In this document: in pieces, positions 26,468 to 41,880 of the stretch
Position numbering within the stretch: the stretch's first letter is position 1
Layout of the letters: each line of letters begins with the position of its first letter
From: the human T2T-CHM13v2.0 reference genome, Homo sapiens
Direction: 5' to 3' (one strand)
Length of the DNA stretch: 64,000 nt
Assembly: GCF_009914755.1 (NCBI RefSeq)
Contig: NC_060931.1
Position numbers and translations under genes: made by a program
The notes under the pieces: model-generated
Told to the model about the DNA's origin: nothing
The model's database searches: none
Seen by the model: only the letters and a program-made list of their open reading frames with translations

Positions 26468-29400
26468 AAATGGGCAAAATAACCAGCTAGCATTATAATG
26501 ACGGGATCAGATTCACACATAATATTAACCTTAGATGTAAATGGCTAAATGCCCCAATTAAAAGACATAGACCAGCAAATTGGATAAAGAATCAAGACCC
26601 ACCAGTCTGCTGTATTCAGGAGACACATCTCATGTGCAGTGACACACATAGGCTCAAAATAAATGGATGGAGGCAGATTTACCATACAAATGTAAAGCAA
26701 AAAAAAAGGGATTGCGATCCTAATCTCTGATAAAACAGACGTTAAACCAACAAAGATCAAAAAAGACAAGGGCATTACATAATGGTAAAGGGATCAATGC
26801 AACAAGAAGAGCTAACTATCCTAAGTATATATGTACCCAATATAGGAGCTCCCAGATTCATAAAGCAAGTTCTTAGAGACCTACAGAGACTTAGACTCCC
26901 ACACCATAATAGTCGGAGATTTTAACACCCCACCGTCAATATTAGACAGCTCAACAAGACAGAAAATTAACAAGGATATTCAGAATTTGAACTTAGCTTT
27001 GGACCAAGTGGACCTAATAGACATCTACAGAACTCTCCACCCCAAATCAACAGAATATACATTCCTCTCAGCGCCACATAGCACTTATTCTAAAATGGAC
27101 CACATAATTGGAAGTCAGTCCTCAGCAAATGCAAAAGAACGGAAATCATAACAAAGAATCTCTCAGACCACAGTGCAATCAAATTAGAACTCAGGGTTAA
27201 GAAACTCAAAACCATACAACTACATGGAAACTGAACAACCTACTCTTAAATGACTACTGGGTAAATAATGAAATTAAGGCAGAAATAAATAAGTACTTTG
27301 AAACCAATGAGATCAAAGACACAATGTACCAGAATCTCTGGGACACAGCTAAAGCAGTGTTTAGAGGGAAATTTATAGCAGTAAATGCCCACAGGAGAAA
27401 GCAGGAAAGATCTAAAATCAACACCCTAACATCACAATTAAAAGAACTAGAGAAGCAAGAGCAATTAAATTCAAAAGCTAGCAGAAGACAAGAAATAACT
27501 AAGATCAGAGCAGAACTGAAGGAGATAGAGACATGAAAAACCCTTCAAAAAAACAATCATTGAATCCAGGAGCTGGTTTTTTGAAAAGATTAGCAAAATA
27601 GATAGACCGCTAGCCAGACTAGTAAAGAAGAAAAGAGGGAAGAATCAAATAGATACAATAAAAAATGGTAAAGGGGATACCATCACTGATCCCGCAGAAA
27701 TATAAACTACCATCAGAAAATACTATAAACACCTCTCTGCCAATAAACTAGAAAATCTAAAAGAAATGGATAAGTAATTCGTGGACACATAACACCCTCC
27801 CAAGACTAAACCAGGAAGAAGTCAAATCCCTGAATAGACCACTAACAAGTTCTGAAATAGACAGTAATAATAGCCTACCAACCAAAAAAAGCCCAGGACC
27901 AGACAGATTCACAGCCAGATTCTACCAGAGATACAAACAGGAGCTGGTACCATTCCTTCTGAAACTATTCCAAACAACAGAAAAAGAGAGACTCCTCCCT
28001 AACTCATTTTATGAGGCCAGCATCATCCTGATAACAAAACCTGGCAGAGACACAACAAAAAAGAAAATTTCAGGCCAATATCCCTGATGAACATCGATGT
28101 GAAAATCCTCAATAAAATACTGGCAAACCGAATCCAGCAGCACATTAAAAGGCTTATCCACCACGATCAAGTTGGCTTCATCCCTGGGATGCAAGGCAGG
28201 TTCAACATGCACAAATGCATAATATAATCCATCACATAAGCAGAACCAATGATGAAAATCACATGATTATCTTAATAGATGCAGAAAAGGCCTTTGACAA
28301 AATTCAGCCCCTCTTCATGCTAAAAACACTCAATAAACTAGGTATTGATGGAACATATCTCAAAATAAGAGCTATTTATGACAAACCAACAGCCAATATC
28401 ATACTGAATGGGCAAAAGCTAGAAGTATTCCCTTTGAAAACTGGCACAAGACAAGGATGCACTCTCTCACCACTCTTATTCAACGTAGTATTGGAAGTTC
28501 TGGCCCAAGAGAAGGAAATAAAGCGTATTCAAATAGGAAGAGAGGAAGTCAAATTATCTCTTTTTGCAGATGACATATTTAGAAAACCCCATTGTCTCAG
28601 CCCAAAAGCTCCTTAAGCTGATAAGCAACTTCAGCAAAGTCTCAGGATACAAAATCAGCGCGCAAAAATCCCAAGCATTCCTATACAGCAATAATAGACA
28701 AAAAGAGAGCCAAATCATGAGTAAACTTCCATTCACAATTGCTACAAAGAGAATAAAACACCTAGGAATACAACTTACAAGGGATGTGAAGGACCTCTTC
28801 AAGGAAAACTACAAACCACTGCTCAAGGAAATAAGGACACAAACAAATGGAAAAACATTCCATGCTCATGGATAGGAAGAATCAATATCATGAAAATGGT
28901 GATACTGCCCAAAGTAATATATAATCTCAATGCTATTCCCATCAAGCTACCATTGACTTTCTTCACAGAGTTAGAAAAAACTACTTTAAATTTCATATGG
29001 AACCAAAAAAGAGCCGGTATAGCCTAGACAATCCTAAGCAAAAAGAACAAAGCTGGAGGCATCACGCTACCTGACTTCAAACTATACTACAAGGCTACAG
29101 TAACTAAAACACCATGGTACTGGTACAAAAACAAATATATAGACCAATGGAACAGGACAGAGGCCTCAGAAATGACATGACACATCTACAACCATCTGGT
29201 CTTTGACAAACCAGACAAAAACAAGCAATGGGGAAAGGATTCGCTATTTAATAAATGATGTTGGGAAAACTAGCCATATGCAGAAAACTGAAACTGTACC
29301 CCTTCCTTACACCTTATTACAAAAATTAAGTCAAGATAGATTAAAGACTTAAACGTAAGACCTAAGACCATAAAAACCCTAGAAGAAAACCTAGGCAGTA

Positions 29401-30493
29401 CCATTCAGGGCATAGGCATGAGCACAGACTTCATGATTAAAACACCAAATGCAATTGCAACAAAAGCCAAAATTGACAAATGGGATCTAACTAAAGAGCT
29501 TCTGCACAACAAAAGAAACTATCATCGGAGTGAACAGGCAGCCTACAGAATGGGAGAAAAATTTTGCAAGCTATCCGTCTGACAAAGGGCTAATATCCAG
29601 ACTCTACAAGGAACTTAAAAATTTACAAGAAAAAAACAACCCCATCAAAAAGTGGGCAAAGGATATGAACAGACATTTCTCAAAAGAAGACATTTATGCA
29701 GCCAGCAGACACATGAAAAAATGCTCATCATCACTGGTCATTAGAGAAATGCAAATCAAAACTGCAATGAGATACCTTCTCACACCAGTTAGAATGGTGA
29801 TCATTAAAAAGTCTGGAAACAACAGATACTGAAGAGGATGTGGAGAAATAGAAATACTTTTACACTGTTGCTGGGAGTGTAAATTAATTCAAGCATTGTG
29901 GAAGACAGTGTGGCAATTCCTCAAGGATCTAGAACTAGAAATACCATTTGACCCAGCAATCCATTATTGGGTATATACCCAAAGGAGTATAAATCATTCT
30001 ACTATAAAGACACATGCACATGTATGTTTATTGCAGCACTATTCACAATAGCAAAGACTTGGAACCAACCCAAATGCCCATCAATGATAGACTGGATAAA
30101 GAAAATGTGGCACATATACACCATGGAATAGTATGCGGCCATAAAAAATGATGAGTTCACGTCCTTTGCAGGGACATTGATAGAGCTGTAAACCATCATT
30201 TTCAGCAAAATAACACAGGAGCAGAAAACCAAACACCGCATGTTTTCTTTTAAGTGGGTGTAAGTTGAACAATGAAGAACATATGGACACAGGGAGGGGA
30301 ACATCACACACCGATCCCTGTCGGGGGTTTGGGAGGCAAGGGGAGGGGGGATAGCATTAGGAGAAATACCTAATGTAGATGATGGGTTGATGGGTGCAGC
30401 AAACCACCATGGCACATTTGTACTTATGTAACAAACATGCACGTTCTGTACATTATCCCAGAACTTAAAGTATAATAATAATTTTTAAAAAAA
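26468..30493 (+). mobile_element. L1PA (L1PA7-like), 5'-truncated near the ORF2 start; ORF2 disrupted, 3'UTR and poly(A) present
   Basis: ORF-track fragments match ORF2 ([40 protein letters not shown]). 3' end CCCAGAACTTAAAGTATAAT plus A tail. Confidence 0.95.
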
Positions 30494-30499
30494 AGAAGA

Positions 30500-32021
30500 A
30501 GAAGCTGCAACAAGTTACCCAGAAGATCTAGCTGAGATCATTGATTCCAGTGGCTACACTTAACAACAGATTTTCGATGCAGACACAGCAGCTTTGTTTT
30601 GGAAGAACATCTAGAGCTTTCACAGCTAGAGAGAAGTCAATACCTGCCTTCAAAGGACAGGCTGACTCTTTGGTTAGGAGCTTATGCAGCTGATGACTTT
30701 AAGTGGAAGCCAATGCTCATTTACCACTCTGAAGATCCTAGAGCCCTTAAGAATTATGCGAATTCTACTCTGCCTGTGCCCTCTAACTGGAACAACAAAA
30801 CCTAGCTGACAGCACATCTGTTTACAGCATGGTGTGCTACATATTTTAATCCCACTGTTGGGATTTACTGCTCAGAAAAAAAGATTTCTTTCAAAATACT
30901 ACTGGTTATTGACAACACACTTGGTCACCCAAGAGCTCGGACAGAAATGTACAAAGAGAGGAATGTTGTTTTCATTCCTGCAGACACAACATCTCTTCTA
31001 CTCATGGATTAAGGGGTAATTTTGACTTTCAAGTCTTAGTTAAATACATTTCATAGGACTACAGCTGCCATAGATTTCGATTCCTCTAATGGATCTGGAT
31101 AAAGTAAATTGCAAGCCTTCCAGAAAGGGTTTACTATTCTAGATGCCATTAAGAACATTTGTGATGCATGGGAGAAGGTCAGAATATCAACATTCACATG
31201 AGTTGGGGAGAAGTTGAGTCCAGCTCTCATGGATGACTTTGAGGGATTCAAGACTTCAGTGGAGGAAGTCACTTTAGATGACAAGTGACTTTCACTTAGA
31301 TGAAAGATGACACTTTCTTGACTTTAGAAGACAAGAAAACAAGAATTAGAAGTGGAACCTGAAGATGTGACTACATTGCTGCAATGTCATGATAAAACTT
31401 GAACAGATAAGGAGTTGCTTCTTGTGGAGGAGCAAAGAAAGTGGTCTCTTCAGATTGAATCTATTCCTGGTGAAGATGCTGTGAAAATTGTTGAAATGAT
31501 AACAAAGGATTACAAATATTACATAAAGTTTAGGTGATAAAGCAGGAGCAGTTTGAAAGAATTGACTCCAATTTTGAAAGTTTTGCTTGGATAAAATGCT
31601 CTCAAACAACATTGCATGCTATGGAGAAATCTTTCATGAAAGGAGAGTCCATCAATGTGGCAAACCTTATTATTGTCTTATTTTAAGAAATTGCCACAGC
31701 CACCCAAGCCTTCAGCAACCACCGCCTTGATCAGTCAGCAGCCATCAGCATCAAGACAAGACCTTACACAGGCAAAAAGATTTTGACTCTGTGAAGGCTC
31801 TGATCCTTAGCATTTTAACCTTTAAAGTATTTTTAAATTAAGGTATGTATATTGTCTTTTAGACATATTGCAGTTGCACACTTAATAGATCACCTTGTCA
31901 TGTAAACATAACTTTTATATACACAGGGAAACAAAAAAATTTGTGTGACTTACTTTGTTGCAGTATTTGCTTTATTGTGGTTATCTTGAGCAGAACCTGC
32001 AGTATCTCTGAGCTATGCCTG
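30500..32021 (+). mobile_element. Tigger1 DNA transposon, 3' 1.5 kb, transposase pseudogene
   Basis: Transposase-like [37 protein letters not shown]. Ends with TIR GCAGTATCTCTGAGCTATGCCTG|TA. Confidence 0.92.
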
Positions 32022-32023
32022 TA

Positions 32024-33622
<1,599 letters not shown>

Positions 33623-33679
33623 TTTCAGATTTTGTAGCATTTTGGATTTTAGATTTTTGGATTGGGGATACTCAACCTA

Positions 33680-35675
33680 TATTATGAATATTGCTGCCAT
33701 AAACATTCTTGGACACACTTTTATGTAGACGTAGTTTTTTATTTCTCCTGTGTATATAAGTAGGTAACTGTGTTTCATTGAGGAACTGCCGGACTGTTAT
33801 CCATAGTAGCTGTACCATTTTTTATTCCCACCAGTAGTGTACAAGAGTTCTAATATCTCTGTATCATCTTCAACACTTGTTATTATTTGATTTTTTGGTT
33901 CTTAACTGTCCTAGTGGGTGTGAAGTGGTATTTTATTGTGGTTTTGATTTGTGTTTCCCTGGAGACTAATGATATTGAGCATCTTTTCATGTGCTTATTG
34001 ACCATTTGTACATATTTTTTGGAGAAATATCTGTTTAGATTCTTTGCCCATGTTTAAATTGAGTCATATTTATTTTTATTATGAAGTTGTGAGAGTCTTT
34101 CATGTATTCTGGGTACAAGTCTTTTATGAGATATATCATTTGCAAATATTTCTCCCATTATATAGATTATCTTTTTACTTTCTTCTTAGTGCCTTTTGAA
34201 GCACAGAAGTTTTTGTTTTTTGTTTTTTATTTTTATTTTTTTGAGATGGAGTCTTGCTCTGCCGCCCAGGCTGGAGTGCAGTGGCACGATCTCGGCCCAC
34301 TGCAAGCTCTGCCTTCTGGGTTCATGCCATTCTCCTGCTTCAGCCTCCTGAGTAGCTGGGACTACAGGCGCCCGCCATCACACCCGGCTAATTTTTTGTA
34401 TTTTTAGTAGAAACGGGGTTTCACCGTGTTAGCCAGTATGGTCTCGATCTCCTGACCTCGTGATCCATCCGCCTCGGCCTCCTAAAGTGCTGGGATTACA
34501 GTCGTGAGCCACCACGCCCGGCTGAAGCACAGAAGCTTTTAATTTGATGAAGTCCAAGTTGTCTTTTTGTCTTTTGTTGCCTTGTGATTTTGGTCTTATA
34601 TGTAAGAATCTTTTGCTAAATCCATGGTCATGAAGATTTACCCCTGTGTTTCCGAAGAGCTTTATAGTTTTAGCTCTTACATTTAGGTGTTGGATCCATT
34701 TTAAGTTAGTTTTTTGTATACGATATTACGTTAGGCACCAACTTCTGTCTTTTACATGTGCTTCTCTAGTCCATTTGTTGGACTTTCAAATGGTGTTTCA
34801 GCACCATTTGTTGAAAGGAATATTTTTTCCCCATTGAGTGGTTTTGGGCACCTTTGTCTTAACATGCAACAGTTGGCCACTGACATGTGGTTTTATTTTT
34901 TTACTTTCAATTCTATTCCATTGATCTATAGATCTTTCCTTGTGGCAGCATCATGTTTTGATAACTCTTGTGTAGTACTTTTTGAAATGAGGAAATGTAA
35001 GTACTCCCATTTTGTTCTTTTTCAGGATAGTTTTCACTGTTCTGGATCCCTTTGCAACTCTATAAGAATTTTAGAATCAGTTTGTCAATTTCTATAAACA
35101 TGTCACTTAGGATTCCAGTAGGCATTGCATTGAATCCGTAGTTCGTTCTGGGGAGTATTGCCATCTTAACAGTGATGTCTTCTAATCCATAAACATTTAT
35201 TTAAATCTTTAATTTCTTTCAACAATGTTTTATAATTTTCAGAGTATAAATTTTGCACTTGTTTTGTTAGTTATACTCCTAGGTATTTTGTTCTTTTTGC
35301 TGCTGTTATGAATGGATTTGTTTTTTAAATTTCATTTTCAGATTTTTCATTGCTAGTGTATAGAAATATAATTGATTTTTGTATATTGATCTTATATATC
35401 TTGCATCCTTGCTGAACTTATTTTTTTATTCAAATAGTCTTTTAGTGAACTCCTTAGGATTTTCTAAATACAAGGTCATGTCATCTGAATATAGACAGTT
35501 TTATTTCTTTTTAACCTGAATGGCTTTTTTATTTTTCTTGCCTAATTGTCCTGGCTATAACCTCCAGTACAAATGTTAAATAGAAGTGATGAGAGTGGAC
35601 ATCTTTGTCTTGTTTCTGCTCTTAAGGGGAAGTATCTAATCTTTCACTAGTAAATATAATGGAAGTTGTGGGTTT
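33680..35675 (-). mobile_element. L1MB-like ORF2 3' fragment, interrupted by AluY
   Basis: TGAGGAACTGCC..ACTG, GTGGGTGTGAAGTGGTA, GAGCATCTTTTCATGTGCTTATTG, AAATAGAAGTGATGAGAGTGGACATC. Confidence 0.8.
34215..34522 (-). mobile_element. AluY
   Basis: CACTGCAAGCTC, GCCATTCTCC and CACCGTGTTAGCCAG diagnostics. TSD TGAAGCACAGAAG. Confidence 0.93.
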
Positions 35676-35814
35676 ATACTGCTATCCTATACCTTGATTT
35701 TTTGCATAAGATTTTATATCAGTACCTGTGTCACAACTTTATTCTTTGTAAATGTGACATAATATTTTATTTTATGGATATGTCAGGTTTTTTGAGTCAG
35801 CCTGCTGATATTTA

Positions 35815-36226
<412 letters not shown>

Positions 36227-36452
36227 AGTATCACTGTAATTTAGGTGGATATGGTGAATTTGCTTACCAGTGTATGTTCCCACTAGAAAAAATATGTCAA
36301 AGTGCCTGTCTTCTCCCATATTCTCATTAGCATGATGTGTTATCAGAATTTTTATCTCTGCCAATCTGATAAAGAGAAAAGGGATTTCATTATAGTTTTA
36401 GTTTGTACTTCTGAGTGAAGTTGTGTGTCTTTTCATATGTTTAAGAGATATT

Positions 36453-36680
36453 TGATACACAGTAGGTGACTATTGCAAATAACTATGTAATACATATTTC
36501 AAGATAGCTAGAAGAGAAGATTGTGAATGTTGGCATCCCAACGAAATAAATATTTAAAATAATGGATATGGTAATTACCCCATTTGATCATTATACTATG
36601 TATATACATGCATTGAAACGTCACATTGTACACCATAAATATGTACAATATGTATCAATTAGAAATATAAAATTAAATTT
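36453..36680 (+). mobile_element. L1MA 3' end fragment
   Basis: ATATTTCAAGATAGCTAGAAGAGAAGATT...TTTGATCATTATAC...CCATAAATATGTACAAT. Confidence 0.7.
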
Positions 36681-38267
36681 TTAAAGATAGGTTCCTAAAT
36701 TTTTCTTTCTGTGAATTTCTTTGCTGAAACTCTTCACCCAGTTCTCTTAATGAGTTGTTGATCTTTTTCTTATTGATTTGTAGAAGTCCTTCGTAAGTAG
36801 GGAAATTAGCTTTCTGTCTTGAATATGATTTGTGTTTTGACCCTAGTTTGTCATTTGTATTTTGACTTTGTCGATTTTTGATGAGAAATTTAAAACGTTC
36901 ATTAAGTTAATTTTATTGGGCCTTTTTTGAAATAATGTATGTATCTTTCAGATTTTGTGTTATAGTTAGAAAGATCCTTCCCACTCAAAGGTTATAAAAA
37001 GGTTATTGTGTATTTCCTCTGAATACTATTAAAGCCAAGCTTTTAAAATGTTGTTTTTTCTTTTAAAAATTTAACAGATTCCCTTTTCTGGTTTTTTGAC
37101 ATCTGTGTGGTTCTCCTGATTCTACAGATATATCTAAGAGAAGCTCAGCAGTGCTATTTAGAAGTTTCCTGAGTACCTTGATATGTAACTTATCTAATCT
37201 CGGAATTTGTATTTTGGTTAACTAGGCAATTTCTGATATGTTCTTTACTCACTAGAGAATTCCATTCTGATTTACTTACACTTACTCATCTTTTTTTTTT
37301 TTTTTTTTTTCAGAGCAAAGCTCATCCTTTTTGATATAATGTATGCAGAAACAAAATAGAAATTGAGTTCTCCATTCTCTCTGTCTCATTTCTACTTTCT
37401 GCTCAAAAATTCTTTTTTATTTTTGAGTATTAGTGAGCCTGTGTTGATCTTGAGTTTTAGGTCTCTAGAATAAAAGAAGAGGGTGGTGCTTGATCACAGC
37501 CAAACTTATTTCCCATTTACTTAGCTTTTTCAAGAAATAATAAGTAACTACTACATACATAGCTCTTTTCTCAAAAGATAGAAACAAAATTTATGATATG
37601 GTCCTTGTGTTTTAGAAAGACCAGGTTTCTACACATAACAATAATATGATTGTTATTAGAAAATAATATTTGTCACTTTAGATATAGCCCACAACTTTTG
37701 TTTGCAAGCATGGTTGGAGTGTCCTTGAGTGAAATACCCAGAAGTTCTGAAAGAACATTTTCTTCTCTGAAGTTCATTTCTCAAAGGTGCAGTGGTGAAT
37801 AAAATTCTCAGAACTGGATATTTAAGAAGGCTAGGCCATATTTGTATCAGCTGCAAATACTCAATGCCAGTCATAGAATGTTCTTCCAACCACTTGTGGC
37901 AAGTGAAATATATTTTTATTGAGTTATGCTAGTGTTGCAATAGTGCTCTTTAATTTAAAAAAAGAAAACAAGATTTATTTATTTAAATAGTATGTGGCTC
38001 ACTTGCTCCTCTGGTTATTTTTTGTGTGTGTTTCCTTTGTCTTTTTTAGTTTGATTAGTTAAATTTAAGTTGGTACTTGCCTCTTGAAAGCTAATAAAAA
38101 AAATCTGACCTTAAAGTGAATTAGAGGTTCCAAGTTTTTGACAACATCTCAGAGCTTAAAAAGCTATATGTTAATAAATGTGGACCTGCATTTGCTTTCT
38201 TAGAAAAAGTAAAATTGATCCCAGTTGAATCCAAGTATGTTGGTTTTCCATGTTAATATATTTATAG

Positions 38268-38642
<375 letters not shown>

Positions 38643-39284
38643 AATTTCTGTATTTTCTAGTGAGATTCTCTTCTTCCATAGAACCAAACTGTGAGGCTGA
38701 TATGAAAAAATCTTCAGATGTGCTTGGGTTCTTTTTCTAACATGATTCTGCCTTCTCACATGACTCTCCCCTGACCCCCAACCCCTTGCCATTAGTCTTT
38801 CCACATTCCTACTTCTCCTCACCCAATTTGGAAGCATTAGGTTAATACACATACTAAGGAATGGAGTTTTCAAGTCATTGATCATTTCTGTTCCTTTACT
38901 TCTCCTAAAGTCCTGAATTAAACCAAGGACTACTGTTGTCTAAAGTACTGTTGCTGATCATATAACATTTTCCTGAAGAAATAAATGGTCTTCATAGCTC
39001 TTACTTAGAGCAAAGGAGTGAAAGTCAAAGGGACGAGTGGTATTCTGAACCATAGAAGTATAAAATAACTGTGAGGATAGATACGGTGTAATGGAATTAA
39101 CACATCTAGACTGGAAGAGCCATGCTAATCAGCAACAACTAAATTAGACTGACTGAGATGTATGTCATACATTTAAGTGAATGAGAATAATGCATCATTT
39201 ATTGGATTGAATAATTAACTGCAATTTAATGTTAGAGTGGCTCTCTATATAAAGATGAAGTAAAGTAAGCTTTAATAGATGAGA

Positions 39285-39410
39285 GTTCAAGTCTTGGTGT
39301 TAGACTACTTGACTCTGCCATTCACCAGTAATGTGAACTCACGCAAATCAGTTCACCTTTTTTTGCATCAGTTTCTTCGTCCATAGTGTGAGTATAATAT
39401 ACCTACCTTT
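39285..39410 (+). mobile_element. MIR fragment
   Basis: GACTCTGCCATTCACCAGTAATGTGAAC...GCATCAGTTTCTTCGTCCATA. Confidence 0.6.
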
Positions 39411-39417
39411 GCTGAAT

Positions 39418-39445
39418 ACACACACACACACACACACACACACAC
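39418..39445. repeat. (AC)14 microsatellite
   Basis: Directly visible. Confidence 0.95.
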
Positions 39446-39826
39446 TACTTAGAATATAGTATCCAACGCAGAAAAAAAAGCCCTTCAATAGATGTTAAGG
39501 TTCTTTCCTTCCTTTTTTTTTCCTTTGAAGCTTTCTTTTTATACTATGTTAAAAGAATTGGAGTATTACAAGGTTAAAGATGCTAAATCAGGTAGTGGCT
39601 TTTTATTCCAGCAAATATTTCTATCTAAACAATTGGCAATTCTAGCTTATTTCATAAGAGTTAACTAATTCTGTAGATTATTTTCTTTTTTTTTTTTCCA
39701 ATGGTGATAGTCTTTTATGATAAATATTGAGTGTCCTCATCTTCTCATCCTTATCTGGCTTGTATTATATGTTCAGAAAATTACAAATTTACCCGTTTTC
39801 ATTTTTTGTGGCATTTTCTAGTCTAA

Positions 39827-40138
<312 letters not shown>

Positions 40139-40738
40139 TAAATCTCATAAAACTTCTTCCTCTATTTCAATTACTTTTGGTCTTTTGATATTTTTCTTTT
40201 TGTTTAGTAAGAGTTTTTTCTTCTTTCTCGGTATTTCATATGACTTTTAGAATTTCTTCTTTTAAGGTCTTTCTTTAAAATCTTGCTTAATATATAGCTT
40301 TCTTTTCCACTTAAGAACTTATTTTACTCCTGTGAATTACCTAGAAAAAATAGATTTAAGCAAGAAAAATTGTCTTTTAAAAATTAGAATGTTTTATTTG
40401 GACTCTGAAGGATCCACTCTATGGTAAAAATAACATCTAAAGTATGATAGTTTAGGTATCTGAAAAAGTTTAGTTGATACTGTTACCACTTGAAATGTGG
40501 ATTTTTCTTTAGCAATCCTTGAAATGGATCTTAAAATATAAGATTTGCTATCTTACATGGTTTTGTTTATGAATTAAATTTTGATAATTACGCTTTTCCT
40601 GTCTTCAGAATTGTATAGCAACCATTTATCAGAAAAGCAAGGAATGCTTAAAAGTTGGAGCCGCTTAGTGTTCATTCTCAATTTGAACTTAACACTCGGC
40701 TTTACTCCTACTATGAAAGGATGATTAGAATTACTTTC

Positions 40739-41049
<311 letters not shown>

Positions 41050-41727
41050 TTACTTTCTGTGACAGTGTGGTTGACGGTCTATTTTCTGTGGAAAAGATTG
41101 TGAGATTAAGAAAAAAACAACTTTACTTATAAAGACAGATGATCATTTCCCTGATTAAATTATATAGTCTTTTAAAATCCAGTTTAAGGGCCACTTGCTC
41201 TAAATTGACTTTTTTTTCCACTGATTTTCAACATTGGAAGATAGGAGCTTCCAGATTCTGGGGTTTCCAAAATTATTTTTATCATTTTAAAAAATATTAA
41301 CATATAATTATTACATTCCTATTCCTTGTTTTTATTATGCTTAATCATTTATTTTAATAAAATGTAACAATAACATCTAGAGTTTGAGCCTTGACCCTAG
41401 GAGGTCGTTAGGAAATTCTCTTGGTGGTAAGGGACTGTAATAGGTTTTGTAAATAATTAGCTGACTTGTCCAGTTTTTTCATGGTTTAGTTATAAAAATG
41501 AGTTTTTCATGACTTTCAGGATAGAACTAGAGGCCAAGATTTATTATATTGCATGATATACTTACTGTAAAATCTATATATTGCCTCTGGTTGAAGTATT
41601 AAATTTGGTTTACATGAATTAAATCTCCAAGTAATATATTTTAAAACTTTACGAAAAAGAAATAAACCATGGTCTGGTGCAAATAACAAATAAGTATTAC
41701 TACTTTAATATACTCTTATTTTTTCAG

Positions 41728-41880
41728 GCTCATGAGAGGCTAGAAGATTCCAAACTAGAAGCTGTCAGTGACAATAACTTGGAATTAGTCAATGAAATTC
41801 TTGAAGACATCACTCCTCTAATAAATGTGGATGAAAATGTGGCAGAATTGGTTGGTATACTCAAAGAACCTCACTTCCAG
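41728..41880 (+). CDS. PALS2: PALS2/MPP6 coding exon, aa 40-90 (AHERLEDSKL...ILKEPHFQ), L27 domains
   Basis: Acceptor ttattttttcAG|GCT, donor CAG|GTAACT. 153 nt, in frame with the previous exon. Confidence 0.97.

Noticed and set aside
26499-30270. Possible active L1 ORF2
   Set aside because: It is broken into short ORFs by many stops and frameshifts, and has no ORF1 or promoter.
37291-37313. Strong-looking acceptor (T20-CAG)
   Set aside because: No convincing downstream donor or reading frame. Poly-T decoys are common in introns.
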